Of a DNA stretch of 64,000 nucleotides, positions 25,535 through 35,898 are shown piece by piece; within the stretch, counting starts at the first letter, position 1, and each line of letters starts with the position of its first letter. The stretch lies in NCBI GenBank assembly GCA_051294905.1, contig CM119372.1, forward strand, positions 39,062,001-39,126,000, read 5' to 3'. The translations under genes were made by a program, and so were the position numbers. The stretch comes from Botryllus schlosseri. Its lineage: Eukaryota. A model generated the notes under the pieces. It worked only from the letters and a program-made list of their open reading frames with translations, had not been told where the DNA came from and searched no databases.

Positions 25535-27004
25535 ATGAATCAGGAAGACAGGGGCCCTGCCCAAAACACGTATGCGAATGTAACTGGAGGGAGGCAACTG
25601 ATAGACAGATCATGCGATTTGGGACTAAAGCTGAGAGGAATGACCAGCACGGATATATTGTTGGAACTTTTTGACAAAATTGGAATAAACAAGGAGGAAT
25701 TGGAGGGGATGCTGCAATATCCCAATGGACAAACGGATTTGATATTCAGAGAAAGAAAGATGGCTGTCAATATAGAAAGGAGGATCACACAGATGAAGAA
25801 AGACGGGGAAAGCCTCCCAGCCCACTGGCTTTATGTGTCGGAAAATATTGCCATATACCTCAGCTGGGTTCACCCTCGAGTGACCGATGAGAGAATAAGG
25901 GAGTACTTCATCGAACATCACGGACCAATACAAAACATCCACCAACAAAGGAACGCGCTGGGAATAAACAATGGAGTACGAAGCCTGCTCATACAGCGAA
26001 AATACATCGAAAGAAATCCAGTCAACAGCTATATATGGATAGACGGACACAAAATTGCGGTTAAATATAGGGGGCAAATTGCGACCTGTGGTAACTGCCA
26101 ACAACCAGGGCATATTGCACGACTATGCCCAAACAACCCCAGTAAAACGGCAGAGGACGCTCGGGAAAAGGGAGCGGCTATGAGGAACAGGCAGGCCCAG
26201 CCCATGACCATAAAAGGAAATGAGAGGCCAGCGACGGATGAGGGCGCAGGAGAGCAACCTTTCGACAGATCCAAACAGAGCGAAACAACGTTCGCAAGGG
26301 CGGAAGAAGACACAACATCCATATATGGTAACAAGAAAGGAACTCCGACGCAGAGTGAAATAGACGAGGAGGAATCACAGAGCGAAACGGAGGAGAAGCA
26401 GGGCGAGGCCCAAAAGTCATTCGAAACAAAGCCAAGCTGTCAAAATGAAGTAGAGGATATAGTGGAAAGTGCAAGGGATATGTCCACCAATGCAGAAAAA
26501 ACAGAAACGGAAGAAGACAGCGTGGAATCAGAGAAAATAACAGACTGGTTCACACTGTCGGAGGAGGTGTGTGACACCCACGACACCACGGATCAAGCGA
26601 ACGGGCACTCGGCAAGACATAAAAGGCCAAGAGACAGTACCGACTCAGAGGGTGGCCATCAACCAGCAAGAAAGAATTTCAGCTTTTCAACTGAGGGAGT
26701 CGAAATGGCCTCGTGTCTCAAGTGCGATAAACCGATAGCGTTTACAAATAATGGGAAGGTATGTATATGCATGACATGTAAAACCAAACATTATACTATA
26801 CGGGCATGTTGCACCGAAGAAGATATATACATAATAACGGAAGAGCAACGCACCGGAGAGGGAACACTCCGATGTGGCACATGCAACACGGAATGCTACG
26901 TCACACGATGCTGCAAGACACTAAAAAGAAGTGATGGTGGAGCTAACCCCAGATCCTGCGAAAGATGCGGGGAGGCTGACTCTCCCCACCCAAGCAAACA
27001 GTAA
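25535..27004 (+). CDS. Retrotransposon ORF1 protein (RRM-like region, CCHC zinc knuckle, acidic linker, C-terminal Cys-rich domain)
   Basis: First in-frame ATG at 25535; N-terminal TYANV motif; YRGQIATCGNCQQPGHIARLCP knuckle at 26087-26128. Confidence 0.9.
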   Translation: MNQEDRGPAQNTYANVTGGRQLIDRSCDLGLKLRGMTSTDILLELFDKIGINKEELEGMLQYPNGQTDLIFRERKMAVNIERRITQMKKDGESLPAHWLYVSENIAIYLSWVHPRVTDERIREYFIEHHGPIQNIHQQRNALGINNGVRSLLIQRKYIERNPVNSYIWIDGHKIAVKYRGQIATCGNCQQPGHIARLCPNNPSKTAEDAREKGAAMRNRQAQPMTIKGNERPATDEGAGEQPFDRSKQSETTFARAEEDTTSIYGNKKGTPTQSEIDEEESQSETEEKQGEAQKSFETKPSCQNEVEDIVESARDMSTNAEKTETEEDSVESEKITDWFTLSEEVCDTHDTTDQANGHSARHKRPRDSTDSEGGHQPARKNFSFSTEGVEMASCLKCDKPIAFTNNGKVCICMTCKTKHYTIRACCTEEDIYIITEEQRTGEGTLRCGTCNTECYVTRCCKTLKRSDGGANPRSCERCGEADSPHPSKQ

Positions 27005-27015
27005 CGAGCACCTGC

Positions 27016-30000
27016 ATGTCTAAATCCATCAGACTAACGATTTTAACCCTAAATGTAAATGGACTAAATGATAGAATAAAAAGAGCCTTGTTATTTTCTT
27101 TCATCAGGAAAACAAGAGCAGATATCATCTGCCTCCAGGAAACGCATTCTGTACTCGCGACAGAGGAAACCTGGACCAAGGAGTGGGGAGGCAACGCTTA
27201 TTGGAACTCGGGAGATAGCTGTACAGCTGGCACGGCAATCCTCTTTGGCCGCAACAGACACTTGGCGAAAGTAATAGAGGTCACTAAGGACACTGAAGGA
27301 AGGCTGCTACAAATCCGACTGAAAACAGGTAAATCTCATCTCACAGTAACCAACTTCTATGGCCATAATTTCAGGCGGAAAAGAAGAGAACAGCTGAAAC
27401 AGTTGGTAACAAGGACCTGCAAAGCCAAGCCACAGCTCCTAACGGGGGATTTCAACACTGTAGAAAGATGCGAACTCGACAGACAACCACCAGACCTCAG
27501 AAGCTACGAAAGAGACGCAGGATACACCAGAATGATAATGAGGACTATCGGAGTAAGGGATACATATCGAGACACAAACGGTAACAAAAAGGAATATACT
27601 TTCTTCCATACGGCAGGGAAAGCCAGGCTAGACCGAGTTTATGCATCTCGAGGTATAACCCCAATATCATGTACTCACCACTCATGCCCGTTTTCAGACC
27701 ATGATGCGACGATCGCCACGGTACAACTCCAGGAAAAGGCTGTAAGGTCCAATACCTGGAAGAACAACACCATCATATACAACCAACAGGACTTTCAGGA
27801 GGACGTCGAAAGAAAATGGGAAATGTGGAAAACCCTACATCCGTGCATATACACCTCAAGAGTGGTCTGGTGGGAGGCGGTCAAGCGCAGGGTAGCTCAC
27901 CTAGCGAAAAAGCACGCGGCAAACATAACAGCTGAAACCAAATATCGCCACGTCGCGCAAGAGCGGGAACTGAAAAGGGTAAGGCAAAATGCAATCCGTA
28001 ACAATGCATTCTTTGCAGAATATAAAAGAACGAAACGGAAAGTATGGAACGAAAATGCTGACAAATTGGTCAAACTTCAACTAGAGGCGAAGGCGCAGGA
28101 GGACTCCATTATCGACCAAAAGCCATACCTGCTCTGTAAAAAGATCAAAAAGAGGCAAGAAGCGGCCTCCATCCATGAGCTAACGGACGCTGCAGGAAAA
28201 ACCACTTCAGATGAACTGGAAATCAGAAATATCGTGGAAGAATACTACGAGGAACTGTACCGTAAGAAACATACCGATAACCAAACTGCCAAATCCTTTT
28301 TAAGATTCCAAAGGAACCGTCTCACAGACGATCAAAGAGACAAAATCGATGGACCAATTCGGGAAGAGGAAGTTAGAATGGCAGTCGTGCAACAAAAAGA
28401 AAATAAGACCCCGGGGGAGGATGGAATTAGCTCGGAATTTTACAAACAGAACATAGACACAATAGCAAAAGAGATCACCGAGGTATTCAATGAAATTTAC
28501 AGAGGAGGTGGACCGACGGAAACCTTCGCTCGGGGGATAATCAAGGTTATACACAAAAAAGGTGACACCAGGGACATTAAAAATTATAGACCGATAACAC
28601 TGCTAAATGCAGATTATAAGATATTCAGCAAAATACTTTCCAACAGGTTGAAGGCGATCCTCCCAGACATAACTCATCGACACCAATTTGTTAACCCGCC
28701 AAAGTCGATAGGACAGCTCGACCTCTTGCTAAGAGAAGTGGCAACGGAAATGAAAAGCAGGAAAAGGGGGGCAATCATCTCGGTTGACTTCAAAAAGGCG
28801 TACGACTCTATTGACCACGGTTTCCTGCAGAGTGTGCTGGAGGCAGCAGGGTTTGGTAACGTGTTTCGAAGTTTTTTCAGAACGATATATGATATAAGCG
28901 AAGCACGGATATCCATTGGAGGGAGAGTCGGGAAACCAATCCAAATCGACTCCGGGATTAAGCAAGGAGACCCGATATCCATGTACTTGTTCACAATCAC
29001 TACTGAATCTCTCTTGCAGAAGCTGAATCTATCCTTGAAAGGGCACAAGGTGATGGGATACAAAGAAAGCATAATCACACCTGCCTACGCGGACGACATC
29101 ACGATAACTTTGGACAGGGTGGAAGATTGTGATGTAGCGATCCAAATCATTGCAGACTTCGGGAGAGCAAGCTCGCTGACGATCAACAAGGACAAGACCA
29201 AAGGAATGAGTTTTGAGATCTCAACACGACGGAAAGCTACGAAGGAAATCGCGTGGGGTGAAGAGCTAGTCATCCTTGGAAACACCATAACGAAAAGCAG
29301 GCTAAATAGGCCTCCACAATGGGATGCAGCCATGGGGAAAGCAGCACTACTTCTGAAAGACCTCCAACAGATGAATCTCAAAAGGTATGAGAAAATACAA
29401 ATAATCCAATCTAACGTGCTCCCAATTTTTACATATATTGCACTGACAACACAAATGCCAAGCTCTGTCAGAACACGACTGAAGAACCACATCACCGCTT
29501 TCCTATTCGGTCCAGAGAGAGGGATGGACTACGCGAAGATCATCCAGAGGAAGGAACAAGGGGGGCTAGGCGTGGTGGATATCCCAAGAGTGACGGACGT
29601 GATATACATCAAGCCGGCGATCCAGTACCTGAGAAAGCAAGGAACAAAACCAGAGAGCGAATGGGACAAGAGACTTGATCATCAGCTGGCTCTAACCCTG
29701 AAGAGGTATTTAAAACATGCGATAAAAAATGATACACCTCATACCTTGCAGCCCCTCGAACATTGGACTGAAATAAGCGAAAAGATGAGATCTATGAAAA
29801 TCGAGACACAGGACATCCACCACAAGCAAAAGAAATGGATATATAACGTAACGATGGCAAGACAATACAGAAGAGAAATTGGCGAGATGCAGGGACCAAG
29901 CTGGTACAATATCACCCACCCAATGCTCGCCCACCATCACAAGGAGATAAACTGGAACATCGCTCATCGAATCCTGCCAACTAACTCTCGACTCCACGCC

Positions 30001-30429
30001 AGACTAGCGGTACCGAATAGTAATTGCCTCCTATGCGACGCGCATATCGAAACCCACGAACACCTTTTCCTCAAATGCAAGGTGTCTAATCCAGCTCTCT
30101 TATTGATTTTAGAAATCTGGGAAAAAACAACTGGGCAACCAACGCAAAACCCCGACCTGCAGACGGTGATCAATATGGTCCCAAGGGGAACCCTGACAGG
30201 AGGCAATACGTCCACGCTGATCCTCCTCCTTTCTGTTTTTAAACAGGCAACGTGGGCAGCAAGAAAGGAAAAACTTCTCCACGGTCGCAGACTCGGACCC
30301 AAATGGATCGTGAACTCGGCCATACGCAGGATCGCCAAATGGAAAGGCTGTTCTGATGAACAGCAAACAGATGATGTGCTACGCCGCCTTCAAACTGAGA
30401 TGACAGACGCAGTGACGAGAAACTATTGA
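27016..30429 (+). CDS. Retrotransposon ORF2: APE endonuclease, reverse transcriptase and C-terminal CCHC zinc finger (1137 aa)
   Basis: Endonuclease motifs TLNVNG, CLQETH, GDFN, RLDRVY, SDH; RT motifs YRPITLLNADYK, DFKKAYDSIDH, GIKQGDPIS, YADD; C-terminal CLLC...ETHEHLFLKC. Confidence 0.96.
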   Translation: MSKSIRLTILTLNVNGLNDRIKRALLFSFIRKTRADIICLQETHSVLATEETWTKEWGGNAYWNSGDSCTAGTAILFGRNRHLAKVIEVTKDTEGRLLQIRLKTGKSHLTVTNFYGHNFRRKRREQLKQLVTRTCKAKPQLLTGDFNTVERCELDRQPPDLRSYERDAGYTRMIMRTIGVRDTYRDTNGNKKEYTFFHTAGKARLDRVYASRGITPISCTHHSCPFSDHDATIATVQLQEKAVRSNTWKNNTIIYNQQDFQEDVERKWEMWKTLHPCIYTSRVVWWEAVKRRVAHLAKKHAANITAETKYRHVAQERELKRVRQNAIRNNAFFAEYKRTKRKVWNENADKLVKLQLEAKAQEDSIIDQKPYLLCKKIKKRQEAASIHELTDAAGKTTSDELEIRNIVEEYYEELYRKKHTDNQTAKSFLRFQRNRLTDDQRDKIDGPIREEEVRMAVVQQKENKTPGEDGISSEFYKQNIDTIAKEITEVFNEIYRGGGPTETFARGIIKVIHKKGDTRDIKNYRPITLLNADYKIFSKILSNRLKAILPDITHRHQFVNPPKSIGQLDLLLREVATEMKSRKRGAIISVDFKKAYDSIDHGFLQSVLEAAGFGNVFRSFFRTIYDISEARISIGGRVGKPIQIDSGIKQGDPISMYLFTITTESLLQKLNLSLKGHKVMGYKESIITPAYADDITITLDRVEDCDVAIQIIADFGRASSLTINKDKTKGMSFEISTRRKATKEIAWGEELVILGNTITKSRLNRPPQWDAAMGKAALLLKDLQQMNLKRYEKIQIIQSNVLPIFTYIALTTQMPSSVRTRLKNHITAFLFGPERGMDYAKIIQRKEQGGLGVVDIPRVTDVIYIKPAIQYLRKQGTKPESEWDKRLDHQLALTLKRYLKHAIKNDTPHTLQPLEHWTEISEKMRSMKIETQDIHHKQKKWIYNVTMARQYRREIGEMQGPSWYNITHPMLAHHHKEINWNIAHRILPTNSRLHARLAVPNSNCLLCDAHIETHEHLFLKCKVSNPALLLILEIWEKTTGQPTQNPDLQTVINMVPRGTLTGGNTSTLILLLSVFKQATWAARKEKLLHGRRLGPKWIVNSAIRRIAKWKGCSDEQQTDDVLRRLQTEMTDAVTRNY

Positions 30430-30725
30430 AGAATGAAGAAATGAAAATTTGATATTCATGTTTTAAAATTAGAGCGTATTATCTACCTACACAATCTTTC
30501 CATTGTGGAAATTTATGTCAGTACGTACATATACGCAATAAACCCAAATGTTCACCGCTTCAACAATAATAGAAGCAAATAACGAAACAAATATTTACAA
30601 TTGATCTTGAAATGTGGCAAGTCGACGATCCAAAATGCATGCCAAACACGAAATAAGAAATATGTTCGGATTTTTGACTGTTGACAATTCTAAGAGACAA
30701 AATGCATTTTCTCGTTTGTTCCATG

Positions 30726-31430
30726 TCACATTCCAGGTGTCATGAAATGAGAAAATACTTTTTTTATCTTTGCCTTATCTTCTGGAGAAATTGTGTATTT
30801 GAGGGCGGATCGTCGTGCAGTCTTTGTAGAGGCCTTTAGTTGAGGTTTCTGGATCTCACAAAGAATGTGCTGAAAGGGGACCCAGCAATTGTCCTCTCTT
30901 GGTGGCCATACAAATAATTCTTCTGTGGTATCAGACATGTGAAGGAAATTTACAAGAGCATCTTTTGACTCCGTATTAATTTCCATAATTATGCCAATCC
31001 ACCACTGGTCGTCGTAATAGCAGCAAACATATTTGGAAATCTTTAGATCCATTGTGGTCCGCTCGTTGCCTGAAAAGAAGGTATGTGCACCTGCATACAG
31101 CTTGTCCTCCGATGTCCGCTTGAACATGATTTTTCCAACCGATGATGGTGTAAAATGGTGAAACGATCGAGTTCCTGGGACTGTACCACCGGATTTATAT
31201 CGCTTTTCAAGAAAGTCTCTGATGCTTCTTAGAAACTCTGTATCTAATAGAATAAATTCAATTCCTTTTATATTCTGGTCACAGAAATCGAACACTTTAT
31301 CTATTGTAAGCAGCTCTGTTCCGAGAGGCTGCATCAAGCTTGTCCGCATTAGCTTTCGCTTAACGGTTCCACCAATACCATCTCATGGTGATTTGCCATG
31401 GCTTGTGGCAAAAAACACCCATGAAGCATC
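30726..31430 (-). pseudogene. C-terminal remnant of a Sola-like transposase
   Basis: Minus-strand frame DASWVFFATSHGKSP*DGIGGTVKRKLMRTSL...TVPGTRSFHHF...YVCCYYDDQWWIG...FVWP..EDNCWVP. A TGA at 31383-31385 replaces the expected Cys, and the N-terminus is missing. Confidence 0.75.
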
Positions 31431-33582
31431 ATGTGTAGTCCGAATCCTACATGACATGGAACAAACGAGAAAATGCATTTTGTCTCTTAGCATCGTCAAA
31501 AGTCAAAAATCCGAACATATTTCTTGTTTGGCATGCATTTTGGATCGTCGACTTACCACATTTCAAGATCAATTGTAAATATTTCTTTTGTTACTTGCTT
31601 CTATTATTGTTGAAGCGGTGATTCTGCAAGGATTCTACTTGAAAAATTTCGAAAACCAAGTCGAATAAATTTATTGATATATGTGACTGGTGATAATAGT
31701 ATTTACGGTGAGCAGGGATATGGTTTGAGACCATGAAATTTTTATGTAATGCATATTTCACGGTGGAATAACTGGGAAATTTAAAATCAAGCTTTTTATC
31801 AACCATACTCCTTAAAAGCACATTTCACAATAATTTTTTTTTGTGTAGGCCGTATCCTACAGACATTTTCAAGCCCGTCCCCCCCATTTTTTTTTTCATC
31901 CGTAACTTTTTTTTCATTGAGTTTAGGGCGAAACAGTTGGTTTTATTGAATTCCTTGGCCCCAGAATTGGTTAATTGGACATTTTGATTGGTTCTCTACC
32001 ATCATTTGAGCGAAAAATATCGATTTCAAAGATTTTTGAAAGTAGCGCCATCTAGTGACGAGAGGATTTTAAATCGCAATATCTTTTGAACCGCTGAACA
32101 TTTTTCAATTTTTTTTTTTTTAATAAACTCGGAGTTCAAAAAAGAATAACATTTGTAAATATTGGACAATTCTGAGGGTATGCATTACAGCCCCTGTTAA
32201 ATTATAATGGAATTAGCCAGCTGAGTAAAGAAAATGAAATATAATTGGTAAGGCGTCAGCGATAAGGATGATACCGATAAGGTGTGTAAAATCAAAATGA
32301 ATGCAAAGGAATAAAAGCTCCTGGTAACTACGAATTACAATATTTTGGTTCGCATTTACATTTGCACTTGCTCAAAAACTGTTAGATTGCATTTGATGAA
32401 CATTGGGGTTCGAAAAGTTACTGGCCGCAATAAATTTGACTAAGATTGGAGGTAAGATTGGGATAAAATCTCTCATCTCAAATGCGTGATAAAGTTTGAT
32501 GAAGCCTTCGTTGAAAACTTGAATTTCTTTTGCAATTGTTACAGCAAGCCTCAATACTGGTCAGAGATTTAAAAACTCTGACCGTGGTGTAGGAAATGGT
32601 TCAGCACAGGTCTTAGAAGAGTTTATTTGCTGTTCATCCATTTTTGAAATATTAATATTTAGTTTAGTCCACTGGTTCTCTAACTTTTGTAGACACGCTC
32701 CCCTTGATGACAGTGAAATATTTCGTGCCCCCCTTATTGTCATACCACACAATCAAAACAGAATGTTAGCAATCCTTACATATAGTTTGATGGTATGGAA
32801 GATTATGACTAGAGCCATTTTAATACGACCTTAAAAATCAATGTTATGATTTTATTTTGGGGAAAATATGACTTTATACGACTTTTTGTAAAAATCTCGC
32901 ATCATTTTTACATGCGAACAACGTCACTCACGGAACTAAAGAATAAAACATACGCCACATAACAGTAATAAAAATCCATTTTTATTTTAAACCACTGTTA
33001 AAGTACAGTTTCATGTAGTGTCGAAGTTACGATTTGGACATAAAAACGACTTTAGTAAGGAAAATGAGCGCTCCAAATCAGACATGGGGTGATTACTTCA
33101 TAAATGTAATCGAATGCGATTACGATTACTTCAGAATCACGCGATTACGATTACGATTACAGCAAAATCAGGAAGTAGACGATTACGATTACATTGGAAA
33201 AGTAATCACGATTACTCACGATTACATTTGTTTTGCTTCTTAGTACTATAATCTTAAAGGATATATTGGAAGACAATACAAGGATTGCGATGAAAAGGCC
33301 TAATGAGATATCAACTCTCTTCATACATCATGCGTCATTTGCTTTTACGTCATAATATACCAATTGCCCAATTTTTTTGGGATGATTTATCGCACCCAGC
33401 GATTTGCATTATTGCCAGGTCTTTACCTTTCGCACCCCAAATTCCTTAATAGGGTGGGGAGCGTGCTCGAAGGGGACTCAAAAGTATTTCATAAACCAAC
33501 ATAAATTATAGAGTATTTTCGAGAATTTAATTAATTCTTGAAAAGGTTCTTCGAGCTTCGTGATTCAAATGTCTCTATAGTA

Positions 33583-34042
33583 CAGGGGTCACCAACGCGG
33601 ACCAAATGAGTCGCCCGCGGTCGCTGTGGCAAATATTCAAATGAAAGATTTGAAAGTTGAAGATGGTTTCATATGAGCAGCAGTAAAACATGGGTTGGCC
33701 GACCCCAAGGAATATACGAACGCAGTCGATCGGGGCATTGCTCGTCTTTGCCCACGCGGCGGCTCAACGGGAATCTATAGTTAATATTCCCCAGTCTCGA
33801 CGCGGAGATTAGCGCTGATGAGCCCGGAGGAGCTGGTGTGAGTCCCGGCGAGTGAGCGTTTTTTGTTCTTGGTAAGGGGCGGAAACCCGGCCCAGTGCCC
33901 TGAATGTCTTACTCTAAGTGAATAGATCCAACTCAGTACAGATAAACGGCGGGAGTAAGTGGTAACCCGTCGGTCGTCGCAATAATCAGGACACACTACA
34001 CAAGAAGTAGTTTTTTTGTTTCAAAACGGTTGGTGACCCCTG
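33583..34042. mobile_element. hAT-type MITE containing 28S rRNA-derived sequence
   Basis: caggggtcaccaac...gttggtgacccctg; TSD ctatagta/ctccagta (6/8). Confidence 0.75.
33619..33995 (+). pseudogene. Diverged, internally deleted 28S rRNA fragment
   Basis: Collinear matches to conserved eukaryotic LSU rRNA motifs: gcaaatattcaaatga, cagcagtaaaacatggg, gggaatc..gttaatattcc, then gcccagtgccctgaatgtc and taaacggcgggagtaa. Confidence 0.8.
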
Positions 34043-34805
34043 CTCCAGTAGATAGCTTGGTTTGAAATGCATACCTCTCCCCCTCAAGAAAAAACATGCA
34101 TATAGGCTATTTTATGGGAACAGGCATTTCGGAGCCGGTCATTACCGCGCCACGATCCCACAACACACCCAAAGACATATGCAGTTTCAGCCAACACGCA
34201 ACTCCACGGGATGTGATACCAAAGAAATACCTTGGCCGAAACTTAGGGTATTCGTCCATTGTCAATAGCCGCGCTGGGTGGGCGTGACTGTTAATAGTCC
34301 TGTCCTTCCAATCTGAGCCCACAATGCAAATGCCACCCGGCGCATCCACATAGGAATAAAGCCATGACAATTTGTGTGTGCGTCTCACGAAGGATATTCT
34401 TTTAGTCTGCTACGTTTGGGCGAGTACAATATCTTTTGATTAATCAACAGACTGGAGCTCACGAATTAACAACCTACAATAAAGTAATTATAACAACATG
34501 TCAGATGCTATAATTATGAATTACGTGCCCCAGCTCTACAGGTAAATCTGACACTCGGGGCTGAGAGAGGTTAAAAATGAATAGTAATCTAATGCAATGA
34601 CCAATATTATTGACGAAATTCAGTTTTGAAAATTGACCAACGGTTTGACTGGGGGACGAATTGCTGTTGGTTCTGATTCTAGCTACAACCCACGCTAAGA
34701 TGTCAGGCTATAAAACCGGATGGTTATGGCAGCAGGTCCAAATGCTGAGTAACGAACTGTGAAATAACGATTGGCGCCCGTTTCAAGTAGTTATATGAGA
34801 ATAAG

Positions 34806-35284
34806 CAGTGGTGGCCCTACGAACGGGGGGGGGGGGGGGGGGGGGGGGTGGGCGAGACTTACCGGGGGCCCCCTATAAGCATCTAACCGTAACTTCCGGG
34901 GGGCTACGCCCCCCAGACCCACTTTTGCATCGCTTGTTATTATCTATCTTTCACCACGGTAAGGTTAGGTCAGGAGCTGGATTAGGCCATGCCTATTATT
35001 GCATGTGTGCAAGGATAGACTACAAATCAAAACTAAGTAATTCTACCGCATGCAGAGACGTGATGATTATCGGGATACGGGACTTTTCTAACAAATGCAG
35101 AGATTTGATGATGATTGACACATCTGTACGGAATCATATTCTTGCTTGGTACACAGATTTCCATGTTTATTCGTAATTATCCTAGAAAAAGCGCATCATC
35201 CAAATAGGGGGGGAGGGGGGGGGGCTTCGACCAGGGGGGGTCCCGGGCGACCGCCCACCTCGCCCACCCCAAGAGCCACCACTG
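34806..35284. mobile_element. hAT-type MITE with G-runs
   Basis: cagtggtggc...gccaccactg with perfect TSD agaataag. Confidence 0.85.
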
Positions 35285-35383
35285 AGAATAAGATATAGTG
35301 AACATAAAAATTCTGCCTTCAACTTAATATAGATACTGCGAGCTGCTGGTACGAGAAACGGATAAGCACGGCTCGGTTATGAT

Positions 35384-35898
35384 TAGGGCTGGGCAAAATC
35401 GAGTACCTGAGTGATTCGATTCTGAATCACGTAATATGCTTCGAGTCGAGTCCAGTAACCGAGTATCACTCATTATGACGTCATAACATAATGTATGAAG
35501 TCAAAGTTCAAATATGTACCGTATAAGCCACCACAAAGAATAAAATGTCTGTCATCCATCACATAAAATATATTGGGGCATTTTTCACCGTACCGATTGC
35601 ATTCCACTTGGTGACAATGTTGTGGGATAATCATGACTTCAGAAATGTGCTACGTCCAGTAAGCTTGGTAGCTTTGTACGATATGTTTCGTATGCTACGA
35701 TACCGCCAATCAAGGTTTCAAGGCTTTAACAGTGAAAATTAATATCAAAACTATAATTCTCGTTGATAATTTAGCTTTCAGTGGTGTGGAGCGTATAATT
35801 TCAGTACTCGAAAAAATCGTCTTTTACTACTCGACTCGAATCAATAATATTAATAATTGATTCAGATTCGAGTACTCGAATCATTGTGCCCAGCCCTA
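35384..35898. mobile_element. hAT-type MITE (TAGGGCTGGGCA termini)
   Basis: Perfect TSD gttatgat; inverted sister copy at 52050-52571. Confidence 0.9.

Larger units (their letters stand above)
25489..30552 (+). mobile_element. Full-length Tx1/L1-clade non-LTR retrotransposon
   Basis: Two intact ORFs; perfect 20-bp TSD CACCGCTTCAACAATAATAG (25469-25488 and 30553-30572); the unoccupied opposite TIR carries a single copy of this sequence. Confidence 0.93.
24858..32223 (-). mobile_element. Internally deleted Sola-like (probably Sola2) DNA transposon with ~780-bp TIRs; the left TIR is split by the Tx1 element
   Basis: 24858-25488 plus 30573-30728 is the reverse complement of 31452-32223. The left terminus is GAG, and a transposase remnant lies between the TIRs. 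TSD not resolved. Superfamily inferred from the FATSHGKSPxDGIGGTVKR motif and the long TIRs. Confidence 0.65.

Noticed and set aside
25540..30366. Multiple minus-strand ORFs of 78-162 aa
   Set aside because: They are antisense shadows of the retrotransposon ORFs with no independent motifs.
33619..33995. Functional rRNA gene
   Set aside because: It is short, diverged and internally deleted, sits inside a MITE, and has no 18S or 5.8S context.
34825..34852. Poly-G run encoding poly-Gly in ORF 34808-35176
   Set aside because: It lies in the subterminal region of a TSD-bounded MITE, and homopolymer length is unreliable.
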